Below are positions 12,706 through 26,399 of a stretch of 64,000 bases of DNA, in pieces. Under the pieces are notes generated by a model. It saw nothing but the letters and a program-made list of their open reading frames with translations. It was not told the origin of the DNA and did not search any database. The stretch lies in the NCBI RefSeq assembly GCF_009914755.1, contig NC_060926.1. One strand, written 5' to 3'. Origin of the DNA: the human T2T-CHM13v2.0 reference genome, Homo sapiens. The position numbers and the translations under genes were made by a program. Each line of letters begins with the position of its first letter. Within the stretch, counting starts at the first letter, position 1.

Positions 12706-15700
12706 GGGAAACAGAGCAACATGGCTGCACAGAAGCCTCCACTGATTTTCCTTCCTGCAGGGACACCAAATTTAACAACTATCTACACAAAAAAGCAGCA
12801 CCTTCATAAGAACCACAAGTCAGGTAAGCCATGATAGTACCTGATATTAACTTCATGCCATTGAAAGAGGCACAGAAGAGGGTAGGAAAGAAAGTCTTGA
12901 ATTGTGGACATCACTCTACCCCTATCTGCTGGCAGCAGCCCAGTGGCAGGGAGAATCTGTGTGCTTGCAGGATGGAGAGCCCAGTGATTATAGGACATTG
13001 CATTAGAACCCAGCACTTCCCTGTCACAACAGAAAGCAAAAACTTGTAGAACTTAGCCGACACTGATGGAAGGAGCATGTACACCAGCCCTAGACAGAGA
13101 AGAATCATCCATCCCAGTGGTTGGAACTTGAGTTTGGCAAGCCTCACTACTGTGGTCTAAGGTGCTCTTGAGTCCTAAATAAGCATGAAAAGCAGTCTAG
13201 GCAACAAGAACTGCAATTCCTAGGCAAGTTCTAGTTCTGTTCTGGGCCGAGAGCAAGTGGAACTGGGGAGCATGTGATCTAATGAGACACTAGCCAGGGT
13301 GGCCTAGGGAATGCTTGCACCACTCCTTTCATAACTCCAGGCAGCACAGCTCACAGCTCTGATGGCTTATTTCTTCTGCTTAAGGAGAGGAGAGGGAAGA
13401 GTAAAGAGTACTTTGTCTTGGAACTTGGATACCAGCTCAGCCAGAGTAGGCTACAGCACTGGGCAGAGTCATGATGGTCCCATTTTAGGCCCTAGCACCC
13501 AGTGATATTTCTAGACACACCATGGGCCAGAAGATTACCCACTGCCTATAAAGGAAGGACCCAGTCCTGGTAGGATCCATCACTTGCTGACCAAAGAACC
13601 GTGGGACCCTGAAAATCACCAGTGGTAGCCACGTAATACACCCAGTGGGCCTTGGGTAAGACTGAGACATGCTGGCTTCAGATGTGATCCAGCAATTCCC
13701 AGCAGTGGTGACTATGAGGAAAGATTCCTTCTGCTTGAGAAATGCAGAGTGAAGAGTAAAGGGGACTTTGTTTTGCATCTTAGGTACCCGCTCAGCTGCA
13801 CTGGGGTGAAACACCAATCAGGATCTTGTAGTCCTCAATTCTAGGCTTTGGCTCTTGGATGGCATTTCTGGACGTGCCTTGAGCCACAGGGGAGCCCACT
13901 GCCCTGAAGGGTGAGTCCTAAGCCTGGCATTCAACACAAGCTGACTGAAGATCCCTTGGGCTTTCAGTGAACATTGCTGGTAGCCTGGCACAACTCTTTG
14001 TGGGTCTGTGGCAGTGGGGACCACAGGGAGAGACTACTTTGCTTGTTGAAAGGACAGAGAAGAGTGGAAGGACTTTGTCTTGTGGTTTGGGTGCCAGCTC
14101 AGCTGCAGTAGAATACAGCACCACATAGATTTCTATGGTCCTGACTCCAGACCCTGGTTTCTGGATGGCATTTCTGGACCTACTCAGGGCCTGGGGAACT
14201 CTCCATCCTGGAGGGAAGGACACAAGCCTGGCTGGCTTTGCTGTCTGCTGATTGTAGATCCTTTGGACCTTGAGCAAACATAGGTGGTAACCAGGTAGTT
14301 GTTACAGTGGAGCTTGACTGAGATCCAGTGCTGTCCTGACTTCAAGTCTGACCCAATACATTGCCAGTGGTGGTACCTGCCACCCCTCACCCAGCTCTAG
14401 GCAGCTTAGCACAGAGAAAGATTCCATTTGCTTGGTAGAAAGTAATGGAAGAGAACAAGCATCTCTGCCTGGTAATCCAGAGAATTCTTTTGGATCTTAT
14501 GCAGTATCACCAACGCGGTACCTCTGTGAGTCCACAAGAGCCATAGCATTACTGGGTTTGGGGTCCCCCTAATGCAGATATGGCTGCAGTGACCAAAACT
14601 TAGATCATAACACACAAGTCCATTCAAAATCATAGGAAGTCTTCCCTAGAAGGACAGGTATGAACAAGCCCAGACTGTGAAGGCTACAATTAATTCTGAA
14701 TTCTGTAATGCCCAGACACTGACAAATATCCACAAGAATCAAGACCATCCAGGAAAACATTACCTTCTCAAATGAACTAAGTAAGTCACCAGTGACCAAT
14801 CCCAGAGAGATAGAAATATGTGATTTTTCAGACAGAGAATTTAAAAGAGCTTTTTTGAGGAAACACAATTCAAGATAACAAAGAGAAAGAATTTAAAATC
14901 CTATGAGATAAATTTAACAAGGAGATTGAAATAATTAAAAAGAATCAAGTATAAAATCTGGAGTTGAATAATGTAATTGACATGCTGAAGAATTCATCAG
15001 CGTCTCTTAATAGAATTGATCAAACAGCAGAAACAATTAGCTTGAAGGCAGGCTATTTGAAAATACACAATCACAGCAGACGAAAGAAAAGAAGAATAGA
15101 AAAGATTGAAGCACACCTACAGGATCTAGAAAATAGCCTCAGAAGGGCAAATCTAACAGTTATTGGCATTAAAGAGAAAGTAGAGAGAGAGATAGAAGTA
15201 GAAAGAGTTTTTAAAAGCATAATAACGGAGAACTTCCAAAACATGGAAAAAGATATCAGTATTCAAGTACAAAAAGGTTATAGAACACCAAGTAGATTTA
15301 GCCCCAAAAAGACTACCTCAAGACATTTAATAATCAAACTCTCAAAGGTGAAAGATAAAAAAAAGGATCCTAAATGCAGCAAGAGAAAAGAGACAAATAA
15401 CATACAATGGAGTTCCAAGTCTGGCAGCAGACTTTTCAGTGGAAACCCTACAGGCCAGGAGAGAATGAAATGACATATTTAAAGTGCTGAAGGAAAAAGC
15501 ATTTTGCCCTAGAATGGTATATCCAGCAAAAAATATTCTTCCAACATGAAGGAGAAATAAAAATTTTTCAGTACAAACAAAAGTTGAGGGATTTCATCAA
15601 CACCAGACCTGTCCTACAAGAAATACGAAAGGGAGTTATTTAATTTGAAAGAAAAGGATGTTAATGATCAAGAAAAAAATCATCTGAAGATATAAAACTC

Positions 15701-17965
15701 ACTGGTAATAGTAAGCACACAGAAAAACACAGACTATTGTAACACTTTAATTGTGGTATATCAACAATGTATATCTTAAGTAGAAAGATAAAAAATAAAT
15801 CGGTCAAAAGTAATAACAACAACTTTCCAAGACATAGCCAGTATAATAAGATATAAAGAGAAATAATAAAAAGTTAAAAAGGTTGGAGACAAAGTTAAAG
15901 TACAGTGTTTTTATTTGTTATTGCTTTTCCTGTTTGTTTGCTTGTTTTTGTTAATGTAATAAGTGTCAAGTTGTCATCAGTTTAAAATAATGGGTTATAA
16001 GATATTACTTGCAAGCCTAATGGTAACCTTAAATCTATAAACATGCAACAGATACATAAAAAGAAAGAAATTAAACATACCACCAGAGAAAATCATCTTC
16101 ACTAATAAGGAAGGAAGGAAAGAAAGAAGACCACAAAACCACTATAAAAGAAATGGCAAAATGGTGGGATTACATCCTTACTTATCAATGGTAACATTAA
16201 ATGTAAATGGACTAAACTCTCCAATCAAAAGGCATAGAGTGGCTGAATGGATTTTAAAAAATGACCCAACAATCTGTTGCCTACAAGAAACAGACTTCAC
16301 CTATAAAGACACATAGACTGAAAATAAACAGATAAAAAAATGACATTCCATGCAAAGTAAAACTAAAAAAGAGCAGGAGTAGCTATACTTACATCAGACA
16401 AAGGAGATTTCAAGACAAAACTATAAGAGACAAAGAAGTTTATTATTTAATGATAAATGGGTCAATTTAGCCAGAGGATATAACATTTGTAAATATGTAT
16501 GCAACCAACACTGGCACAGCCAGATATATAAAGGAAATATTAGAGCTAAAAAGAGACAAAGAAACATTGGACTTAATCTGCATTATGTCTCACCATATAC
16601 AAAAGTCAACTCAAAGTGGATTAAATACTTAAAGCTAAGACTTGAAACTATGAAATTACTAAAAGAAAAATTTAGGGAAACTCTCCAAGATGTTGGTCTG
16701 AGCTAAGATTTCTTGAGTAATATACCACAAGTACATGCAACCAAAGCAAAAATGGACAAGTGGGATGTGTCAAGTTAAAATCTTCTGCACAGCAAAGAAG
16801 ATAATCAACAAAGTGGGAAGACAACCCACAGAATGGGAGGAAGTATTTCCAAACTGTTCATCTGACAAGGGATTATAAACCAGAGTATATAAGGAGCACA
16901 AACAACTACATAGGAAAAAATCTAATAATCCATTTAAAAAATGGGCCAAAGATCTGAATTGATATTTCTGAAAAGAAGACATACAAATGGCAAACAAGTA
17001 CATGAAAAGCTGGAAAACATCACTGATCATCAGAGAAATACAAATCACAATAGCAATGAGATGTCATCTCATCTCAGTTAAAATTACTTCTATCTAAAAG
17101 ACAGGCAATAGTAAATTCTGGGGAGGATGAGGACAAAAGGGAGCCCTCATACCCTGTTGGTCAGAATGTAAATTAATACAAGTACTATGGAGAACACTTT
17201 GAAGATTCTTCAAAATACTAAAAATGGATCTGCCATATGATCCTGCAATCCCACATCTAGGTATATACCCAGAAGAAAGGAAATCAGTATGTCTAAGATA
17301 TAGACATACTCCCATGTTTATTGCAACACTATTCACAACAGCCAGGGAGTGGAAGCAACCTAAGTGCTCACAAACAGATGAATGGATAAAGAAAATGTGG
17401 TATATATACACAAAGGAGTAATATTCATCCATAAAAAAAGAGTGAGATCCTTTCATTTGCAAATGAGGTTATTATGCAAATGAATTGGAGATCGTTATGT
17501 TAAGTGAAATAAGCCAGGCACTGAAAGAAAAGCTTCCCATATTCTCACTTATTTGTGAGAGCTAAAAATTACAACAATCGAACTCAGAGAGAGAGTGGAA
17601 TGATGATTACCAGCAGCTGGGAAGGGTAGTGGGGCTGGTGGGAAGTGGAGATGATTAATGAGTACAAAAATATAGTTAGATAGAATGAATAATCTCTAGT
17701 ATTTGATAACACAACAGGGTGACTACAGTCAACAATAATTTATTGTACATTTTTAAATAACTTTTAGTTATTTAGTATCCAGTATTTTAGTTATTTAATA
17801 TAATCAGATTGTAATACAAAGAAAAGATAAATGCTTGAGGTGCTGGATACCCCATTTACCCTGTTGTGATGATTATGCATTGTGTGCCTATATCAAAATA
17901 TTTCATGTGCCCCATAAATATATACTCCTACTAAATACTCAGAAAAATATTTAAAAAGTAAAAAG
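12706..17965 (+). mobile_element. L1MA2/L1MA3-like LINE-1 with 5'UTR, ORF1, endonuclease start and 3'UTR; RT region deleted
   Basis: 5'UTR start (caacatggctg...gaagcctccactgat) and ORF1 remnant. EN motifs (acattaaatgtaaatggactaaactctcca; ctgttgcctacaagaaac) and C-terminal ORF2 ([13 protein letters not shown]). L1MA-type 3'UTR. Confidence 0.9.
14964..15665 (+). pseudogene. L1 ORF1p remnant (frameshifted)
   Basis: LQDLENSLRRANLTVIGIKE...IITENFQNMEKDISIQVQKGYRTPSRF..KKTTSRHLIIKLSKVKDK is the L1 ORF1 coiled-coil/RRM region. Confidence 0.85.
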
Positions 17966-17984
17966 CAAAAACAATGAAATTACG

Positions 17985-18750
17985 TCTTTAGAGGGCCAAA
18001 AGGAAGAAAAAGTCAATGTAGAATTCTATACTGGATAAAAATATTCTTCAAAAATAAATATTATTTAGACAAAACTGAATGCATTTATAGCAATCTTCAT
18101 TACAAGAAACACCAAGAAAGTTCTTCGGCTTGAAGGAAAATATTTGTAAATGGAAGCACATAGTATACAGAAAGAAGAGAAGAGTTCCAGAATGTTCAAC
18201 CATAGATACAAAGTCAATATTAAAAAAAATAACTGTACTGTTAGAGACTAGCAGCAAATGATTACATAAATAAACCCTTAAAAATGCTATTTATAATAGC
18301 ATAAAATCATGAAACACCAAGAGAGATTTTAATAGATGTTTGAGACCTCTATTTTGAAAATATTAAAATACTGCTTAGAGAATTTAATGAACAGAGAAAT
18401 AAATGGAGATCATCTATAAATTTATTATGATTCTAATCTATATTTAAGCATGTTTCTTTTCTTTTGGTGGACATTAAATAATTTTAATATTTATATGAAA
18501 TTCAAAAGACATAGCTAGAATAATGTTTAAGAAGAAGAATGCATATTACCAGTTTTTAGGATTCATTATAAAATTAGAATAGTTAAATGACTATGGGATT
18601 GGCACAAGGATCACATCAAGAGGTGGGATAAACTAGAGTATAGAATAGACCAACACCTATACATTGAGGAAAGGATAATGTTTACATGAAAATAGTAATT
18701 TATTCTTTCCATATATACAAATTAACTTGAAATTTACAAAATACATGTCT
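17985..18750 (+). mobile_element. Old L1M (L1ME/MC) ORF1-end and ORF2 fragments
   Basis: tagaattctata...aaaatattcttcaaaaat and gttcttcggcttgaaggaaaa. Later ORF2-like gagacctctat...gaaaatattaaaatactg and ttggcacaagga. Confidence 0.55.
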
Positions 18751-19533
18751 GTAGTAGCATTCATGTTTGTCCCCAAGTAACTAGCACATTTCAAGGCACA
18801 TGATGGATATTGGATAAAGAGTTGATGAAACAGTGACAACATAAACTTCATTACTGAGAAAGTTTTATTAGAATGCACTACTAAAATAAAAGAAAAATTA
18901 AATTTAAAGAATGCACTATTAATAACAGCAATAAGACTGATCCTGCAAGTTTTCTTCTTGAGGATTGAAGAAATATAAATGAATGCTCATCCTACTGATG
19001 GTTGATATGTGGTCCTAGATTTAAATTTAAGGGGATTTACAACTGACCTCCAGTCTAGGAATTCATAGTCACTCATTTATTGAGCCTATCACAAAGTAGA
19101 GTTCTTTATTTGGTGTTGAAGGGGCCAGGGAAAGAAAGAAATGGAAAAGTGGTGTTTCATGTTGCTTCCTTGTTACTAAACATGAGAAACTGCATTATGT
19201 AAAGTGATTTCTAAAATTTCTATAGTTCCACATATTATCAGTATCAACATATCATACTGTCATATGGTTCCATGTATTGATAATACCATTCAAAATAGTT
19301 GACTTGAGAAGTTTTAATCTAAATTAGCGTAAAAAGCAAACATGGAAAAAACACATATGGATGAAATATTATGGAGCTGGTGTCTTTTAGTGAAGAACAG
19401 AAGAGATCATGAAAAAAGAAATAAACAAAATATGTTAAAATTCACCAAAAAGAAAAATAATAAAATGATCTACTATCTTCTCCTCTTTTATATTGTGATA
19501 AACAGAGATTCAAGTTTTTAAAAAGAAAAATTG

Positions 19534-19837
19534 GGCCAGGTGCAGTGGCTCACACCTTTAATCCCAGCACTTTGGGAGGCCGAGGCAGGCAGATCACTTG
19601 AGGTCAGGAGTTCAAGACCAGCCTGGACAACATGGTGAAACCCCATCTCTACTGACAATACAAAATTAGCTGGGTGTGGTGGTAGGGGCCTATAATCCCA
19701 GCTCCTTGGGAGGCTGAGGCAGGAGAATTGCTTGAACCCAGGAGACAGGTTGCAGTGAGCCGAGATTGCACCGCTGAGCTCCAGCCTAGTTGACAGAGTG
19801 AGACTCTGTTTCAAAAGAAAAAAAAAAAGAAAAAAGG
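19534..19837 (+). mobile_element. AluSx/Sz-type Alu
   Basis: Full Alu. TSD AAAAAGAAAA(A/G)TTG at 19520-19533 and 19838-19851, preceded by a canonical TT|AAAA endonuclease site. Confidence 0.9.
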
Positions 19838-20440
19838 AAAAAGAAAAGTTGGATCACTTAGCTATATATAAGGAGACAATAAAATACTTACGGATGGTTT
19901 AAAATGGATACCAATAACGTTTTTCTATAAGTTGGATTTCTGTATTTGGTTGTCTTTTCTAAAACTCCTGGAACTAATCAATCAGGGCCATACTAATTTG
20001 CTAAAAATGAATTTTCAAAATAATATTGAAAGTTTCAAAAATCTTTTCTGATTCATGACTTATTTCTTGCAAGTTAGTGCTTTCTCTTTATTAATTCAAG
20101 CATCATGGCTTCTTTGCCAATATTTTATTCAATCCTGAAAACTAGCATAACTGACATCTATTTATTTTCATGAGACTGATATAGGGGGTTGACGCCATTT
20201 AGATGAAGAGCTCAGAATTAAAATTTTCTAGAATTTCTGGGTCTTTGTGTTACAGCATGTGTAACAACTACTTTAATATCCTTAATCCTAATATAGGGTC
20301 ACATGACCTTAAATGTAGGAAATTTGTAAATGAGTGCTTTTATTGCAGACAGAAAAAACATACATGCAATTTCATCTTTTTGTTGTGGATTATATTTTTA
20401 TAATTCTAAATATGTTTGAACTTTAAATACTATGTTAGCA

Positions 20441-21265
20441 CAGTTAGTCCTCATTATTTATGGATTTCATATTTGTGAATTTTACTACTCACTATGAAAT
20501 ATGTTGATAATCCCCAGGCCAATACTCATGGTGTGTTTGCTGTAATTCACGGACATGTACAGAACATTGAAAAATGTGAATTGTTCAAACCACATATTCC
20601 AGTCATGTGAGAAGAAGGCAAAACAGCAGTCTGCCTTCTTGTTTCAGCTCTCATGTTATAAACGAGTGTCCTTTTTGCAGCCTAGTTAGTGCCAAGAGCT
20701 TTGAATTTTCATCCTTTTACTTGGTGATTTTACTTTTAAGATGGTCTAACCATCTTAACCCAACCAGTGGTGAAGTGCTGTTTATGATGAAATAGACAAG
20801 AAGCACAAGAAGACTATGATGTGCCTTACAATGAGAAAATATGAGTGTTAGACAAGCTTTGTTTAGCGTGAATTATAGTGCTTCTGGCTGTGAGTTCAAT
20901 GTTAATGAATCAACAATACGAATATCCAGAAAAAGGAAGAGGAAATTTGCTGAGCTGTATATGAAGTTGCTTCGTAAAGTGCAAAACTAACATCTGTACC
21001 ACATGATAAAACTATGGAAAACATGGAAAAGTGGCTAAATCTGTGGATTCATGAAATGACAGGCAAGCGTAGAGAATAGCATTATTTTGATGCGGATAGC
21101 CAAAGAAATTTATGCTCATGTTATTCAGGATTTTAAAGATGCTATGCTAAATCCTTCTGGACTAGTGCTACATGGCCCACATGTTTCAAAGAGTGATAGC
21201 ATGAACATGATAAACTTGCAGGTGAGGCATATTCTGCGGATAGGAGGCTGTGAAAAACATTTTTA
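20441..21265 (+). mobile_element. Tigger-family (TcMar) DNA transposon 5' part with degenerate CENP-B-like transposase
   Basis: CAGTT start. Translated remnants LDKL..., GCEFNVNESTIR, TMENMEKWLNLWIHEM and KLAGEAYSAD are typical of Tigger/TIGD transposases. Confidence 0.8.
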
Positions 21266-21847
21266 AAAGAATTCTGAATTCTTTATAATTATGTTTATGA
21301 TGGAACACATTTATGTTTAGCTTATAGTTTGTTTTTTTATGATCAAAGAGACTGGAGCTAATTGCATCTTACTCTCTTTTCATTATAGTGTATTTAAGAT
21401 TTGGCTCAAAACATCAATGTAACCCTCTAGCTCATAACTATTACTGGTTTTCCAGACTCCAGACTAATACCTCCCTGTTTCATGCTGTCTCCTTTACAGT
21501 GTGTCACCCAAAAGATTACAAAATGTTTTGAAAAACCCCTAGGACATTGCTGCCTGGTTATATGTAGTAGAGTACTGATGGTACCTATCTGTCTACTCCT
21601 TACAGCAACTGGTGGTAGGGCTGCAACTACAAGAATTAGATAAAATTGATTAATGATACTGTGATCTGCTACCAAGTTTGCTATTGGAAAATAGTTCACT
21701 GATTGTAAGGAACACAAAGAATTAAATGAAGACAGGAGAAATTTCTTCTAAAAGAATAAAATGAAGTGTAATAATTTCCTGCATACCTCAGGGAGATAGG
21801 GATATGAAAACATTTTCATGACTTCAGGATATTAATGTGGCCTATGT

Positions 21848-23102
21848 CAGCGATTCTCAAATTGTGTTGTATCCCTTAAACCCTTTCTGAAGGTCTAATA
21901 GGTCAAAACTTTTTAAAAATAATCATAGTATGATGGTTTTGTCTTGTTCACTTTGTTGACATGTGCACTGATTGAGACAGGAAGTAGTGGTTAAAATTTC
22001 TGATGTCTACATTTGAAGGAAGACAGTGACTACACATCATTTATAATGAAATGCAAAGTAAGTGTAAACAATACTGGCTTCATCCTCATGTGTGATGAAT
22101 GTGTAGAGTAAAAGCACTTGTGCGACTGTTTGAGTTGCAAAATAAAGTAGCTAGTTTTTCGTAGAACATCATTTTTAACTGAAAGAATTACTATGGGTAA
22201 TTTAACTGAAAGAGAATCTATGGATGTTAAAACTTGGGTATTTTGCAGACATTTTCTGTGAAAATATAGGAAGTGAGTCATTCGAATAAAACAAGTAACT
22301 ATTTATTGCCAATGGTAAGTCAAACTTTCAAGTGACAATTTGAATTTTAGAAAACTTGTATCCATGTTCACTGTGACCCTGATAGTTTTCCAATAAAGAT
22401 TATTCTGAGAAAAGTTATAAACAAACGTATTTTCATATTGCATTTGAAATGTGTAAAAATTTGCTAAATCTGCATAGCCCAAATAACCAGTATTTTCCAA
22501 ATGACTAATGCAGAATGTTACAAAATCATGAAGAAATTTAAAAATTCATTCAAAATGCAAGATAAATCAATATATTTAACCAATTAGAGTATGAAATATT
22601 CATTGTCAGGGCTTTTATTTTCACATTGCAAGTAAACTGTAAGGAACTATTACTTGCTGAGTTTTGATGTAGTATCAAAGCAGGATATCTCAATTATCTG
22701 AAAAATCTGCCAGAATACTATTCCAATTTCTAACGGAATATATGTGTGAAACAAAATAACATAACAAAAACAACATACTATAGCAAATTGAATTCAAAGG
22801 CAGATTTGAGAATCTGGCTAGTTTCTAATAAGGCAGATACTAATTTTTTTAAATGAACAAAATGCCATTTTTCTTACTGGTTTTTTGATAATAAAAGTAT
22901 TTGATATTTAAATATTTTATGTATATTAATGTTTTAGGTTTATTGTTTTTACATTCAAAATTCAGAAATGTTTTTAAATTATACTGTTAAATTTAATACA
23001 ATAAAGTGTTTATAGATGTAGCCCAAACAAATGCTCTTATAGGCCTTAATCATTTTTAAGAGGGTAAAAGTGTCCTAAGATAAAAAATTTTGAGAGCTGC
23101 TA
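21848..23102. mobile_element. Charlie1a/1b-like hAT transposon derivative
   Basis: Degenerate TIRs cagcgattctcaaa ... tttgagagctgcta. Internal motifs aaagcacttgtgcgactgtttgagttgc and cttgggtattttgcagacattttc. Confidence 0.8.
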
Positions 23103-23454
23103 TACCACATTTTGAAAATCATAGTATAAGGTTTCATTATTATCTTAAATAAGTTATGCTTAAAAGTGAAATGGTAGTTAAAAAGGATAATCAAAAGGAA
23201 GATCTCAGAACTTGCTTGAGATTTGGAGAGCCAGTCGACTGGTATAACATGATACAAGGACTCATTTTCAAGTGTGAATTACAATGGTAACATTTATTGA
23301 GGACAATTAGGTTTTTACATACATAATTTTGTTTTCTTTTCACACAACTTGTTGAGGTAGATACTATTACCATAATTTTGTAGATTTGAAGAACATAGCC
23401 CACTGAATTTTGGTAACTTTACTGCACACAGAAGGAGAGATTTGAGAATAAGAT

Positions 23455-24180
23455 AAGGGACACCTCCCTGACTAATTCATTCTATTTGGCCAGCATTCTC
23501 TTGATACCAAAATCTGGTAGAGATACAACAAAAACAGAAAACTTCAGGCCAATATCCTTGATGAACATAAATGTAAAAATCCTCAGTGAACTACTGGCAA
23601 ATTGAATACAGCAGCACATCTAAAAGCTAATCCACCTTGATTAAGTTGGCTTTATCCCTAGGATGTAAGGTTAGTTCAATATATGCAAATCAATAAATGT
23701 AATTCACCACATAATAGATGCAGAAAAGTCCTTTGATAAAATTCAACATCACTTCATATTAAAAATCCTCAACATACTAGCCACTGAAGGAACATACCTC
23801 AAATAATAAGAGCCATCTATGACAAATCCACGGCCAACATCATACTGAATGGGCAAAAGCTGAAAACGTTCCCCTTGAGACCTGGAGAGAGACAAGATGC
23901 TCACTCTCACCACTTCTATTCAACATAGTACTGGAGATCCTAGCCACAACAATCAGGCAAGAGAAAGAACTAAAGTGTAAACAAATAGGAAGAGAGGAAG
24001 ACAAGCTATCTCTCTTCATCGATGAAATGAGAGGTGAGAGGATCAAAAAACTACCTTCTGGGTACTATGCTTATTACTTGAGTGACAAAATAATCTGTAC
24101 TGAACCCATGTGACATGCAATTTACCTATATTAGAAACCTTGACATGTACCTCTCAACCTAAAATAAGAGTTTAAAAAAA
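23455..24180 (+). mobile_element. L1PA15/16-like fragment: RT segment joined directly to the terminal 3'UTR
   Basis: RT motifs [33 protein letters not shown] and LFID up to ~24025, then 3'UTR gaggatcaaaaaactacc...acatgtacc...cctaaaataa and an A tail. Confidence 0.85.
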
Positions 24181-24262
24181 GATACTGTCAAAACAACACA
24201 GTTCTTTCTATTTCTGTTGTACCACTTTGTAATATCAAAGGGTCCTTTCTTTTCCTCTTTAG

Positions 24263-24298
24263 GTTTCGAGATAACATCCGTACCATACATAAAACCAA
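24263..24298 (+). other. Candidate exon B (36 nt, symmetric phase 2-2)
   Basis: Strong acceptor cctttcttttcctctttag|G. Encodes FRDNIRTIHKT and keeps two CpGs. Donor AA|gtatag is weak. Confidence 0.4.
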
Positions 24299-24868
24299 GT
24301 ATAGTTGATTTTTATACTACTTTTTCATTATAAAATTAATGCATGTAAAAAAGTATCATTAAATATTCCTCTATAACAGTTTTAGTTACTAAGTAGAATT
24401 TAACTGTATGGCTATACCATAAGTTATTTAATTCCTGTCATTGTTGATCAAATATATTTTCAACATTTTGTTATCGTAAATGATGTAGCAATGTACACTC
24501 TTCAATTATAATTTTGAATATATCCGTAATTCCTTCACAACATGATTAAAACTAGAACTATTAAAATGTACCTCTAGATTGTACTGCAGAAATATTGTTG
24601 CTGTTAATATTAATCTAGTCTAATATTTATTGTCAGTTCCCTACTGGGGTAAATACTTTTGTTTTATTTTTGTTTGTTTTTATCTCTAGTATCACTAACT
24701 TTGCATTGTTTCATGTGATCATAGGCTATTTGCTTTGTAAAAGTTATTCACTATTGAAATGGTATGTGTCAGTCATTGCTCTAAGTGTTTTATATATATA
24801 CACATTACATATATATACATATACATTTATATTGACACATTTATTTCTGAAAACAACCCTTTGAAATA

Positions 24869-25321
24869 ATGTACCGGTCAGATTAGGTGAAGATATGCTG
24901 ATATAATGAGCAACACTAAAATCTCAGAGGCATGCAACAACAAAATTTTGTTGTTGCTCACATTACATATTTATTGTGGGCCAACAGCAGCTCTGCTCTC
25001 CCTCTTCTTCATTATAGTACCCAATCTGAAAGATTAATTCCTATTGGAATTTTTAAAATCTTACGGCAAATGGAAAAGGGAGGGGGCTTAACCACAAGAT
25101 GACTCTTAACATTTCTGTGTGTAAGTGGTTCCCATCATTTTAGTGCACATTGCTTTGACCAAAAGAATTCAAATAGTTAAACACATCTTAATGGGATTAT
25201 GATTTTTAGTTCCTCCATATGGAGAAGGATCAGAAATCGCAGTCATGATATCAATGAGCAACAGAAAGTATTCTTGCACAAAGAGGGTGGCAAATATTTG
25301 AGAACAAAGACATAATCCACA
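24869..25321. mobile_element. Old MaLR LTR (MLT1I/J-like)
   Basis: tgtaccggtcag...tatgctg...aaaatctcagaggc...ttgctcac...cacattgctttgaccaaa...gcaaatatttgagaac...aatccaca. Confidence 0.65.
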
Positions 25322-25450
25322 TTTTGTAGATGAGAAAACTGAGATACAGAGAGTTTGAGTAACTTACCCATACTGAGAGATTTAATAAATGGTGCAGCTG
25401 GGATGCAAGCCTGAGCACTCTGGTTTCAAGGAGTGTGCTCTGGTCCAATG
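25320..25450 (-). mobile_element. MIR
   Basis: cattttgtagatgagaaaactgagatacagagag...taacttaccca is the MIR core. Confidence 0.8.
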
Positions 25451-26399
25451 ATAGAAGATAAAATTTATCCAGAAAAAGTTACCTAGCACCTCATAGTATT
25501 TTACAAATATGACAACCCTAGAAATTATTGTCCAAAGTTGGACCCTTTTTCTTGGATAAATGCTAAACTGGGTGGGATATATTAACTAGTTTTAACCTGG
25601 GATTGTCCCAATTAAACCAAGATGTGAGGTAAATCTTGAGGCAAATTTTATAAAACATTATACTATTGGGTAGTAATTAAGGGTTTTGGCAAGCTTGTTT
25701 AAGAAGTACCAACCAAGGAAACACTTATTATAGAGGCTTCACTGCAAAATACGTTATATAATACCCTCCAATGCACACTAAGTTTCTGAGTTGGTTTTGC
25801 TTCTTTGCTATATTCTGTAAGTGAAACTTATTAACGTTTGCAGCATTTCCTAAGGTGGTCTCTAAAATCTGCTCTATTTTAGCACTTTTAAACTACCATT
25901 TGAAGTAACAAATATTTCTAAAGGAGGCCAAATAATAGTTGTAAAGTTTGAATAAAGCAGGATAAATAACAAAACACACTAGGAATTTATTAGTATAACA
26001 GTGAAAAGAAGCAAAACTTCTAGACTTGAGCTTATATGCTTATTGTTTTGTGTGCTTAGTGGAGGAATGTATAAATGCGGCTGAGTATACAAACTATAAA
26101 ATCTCTAATTTTAACATTGCTTGTTTATATATTAGGAACTTTTAGGGGAGTTTTGATTTGCAAGTTTTTGTAGGTTTACCAGACTCATTAATTGCCTGGG
26201 AAGAACTTTACAGGATTTCCTTTGGTTTATGTCTAATCTTTGAAATTGGAAAACTTAAAAGTGAAATATAAATTCCTCATGGAGAAGTGATCATGAGGTC
26301 TGAATAGAATCAGGTAATTCCCAAGAGACATGCAAGATAATAATAAAGACACAAAAAATTATTCCATATCATTTGTGCCCTTATTTGTGAGTAAAGGGG

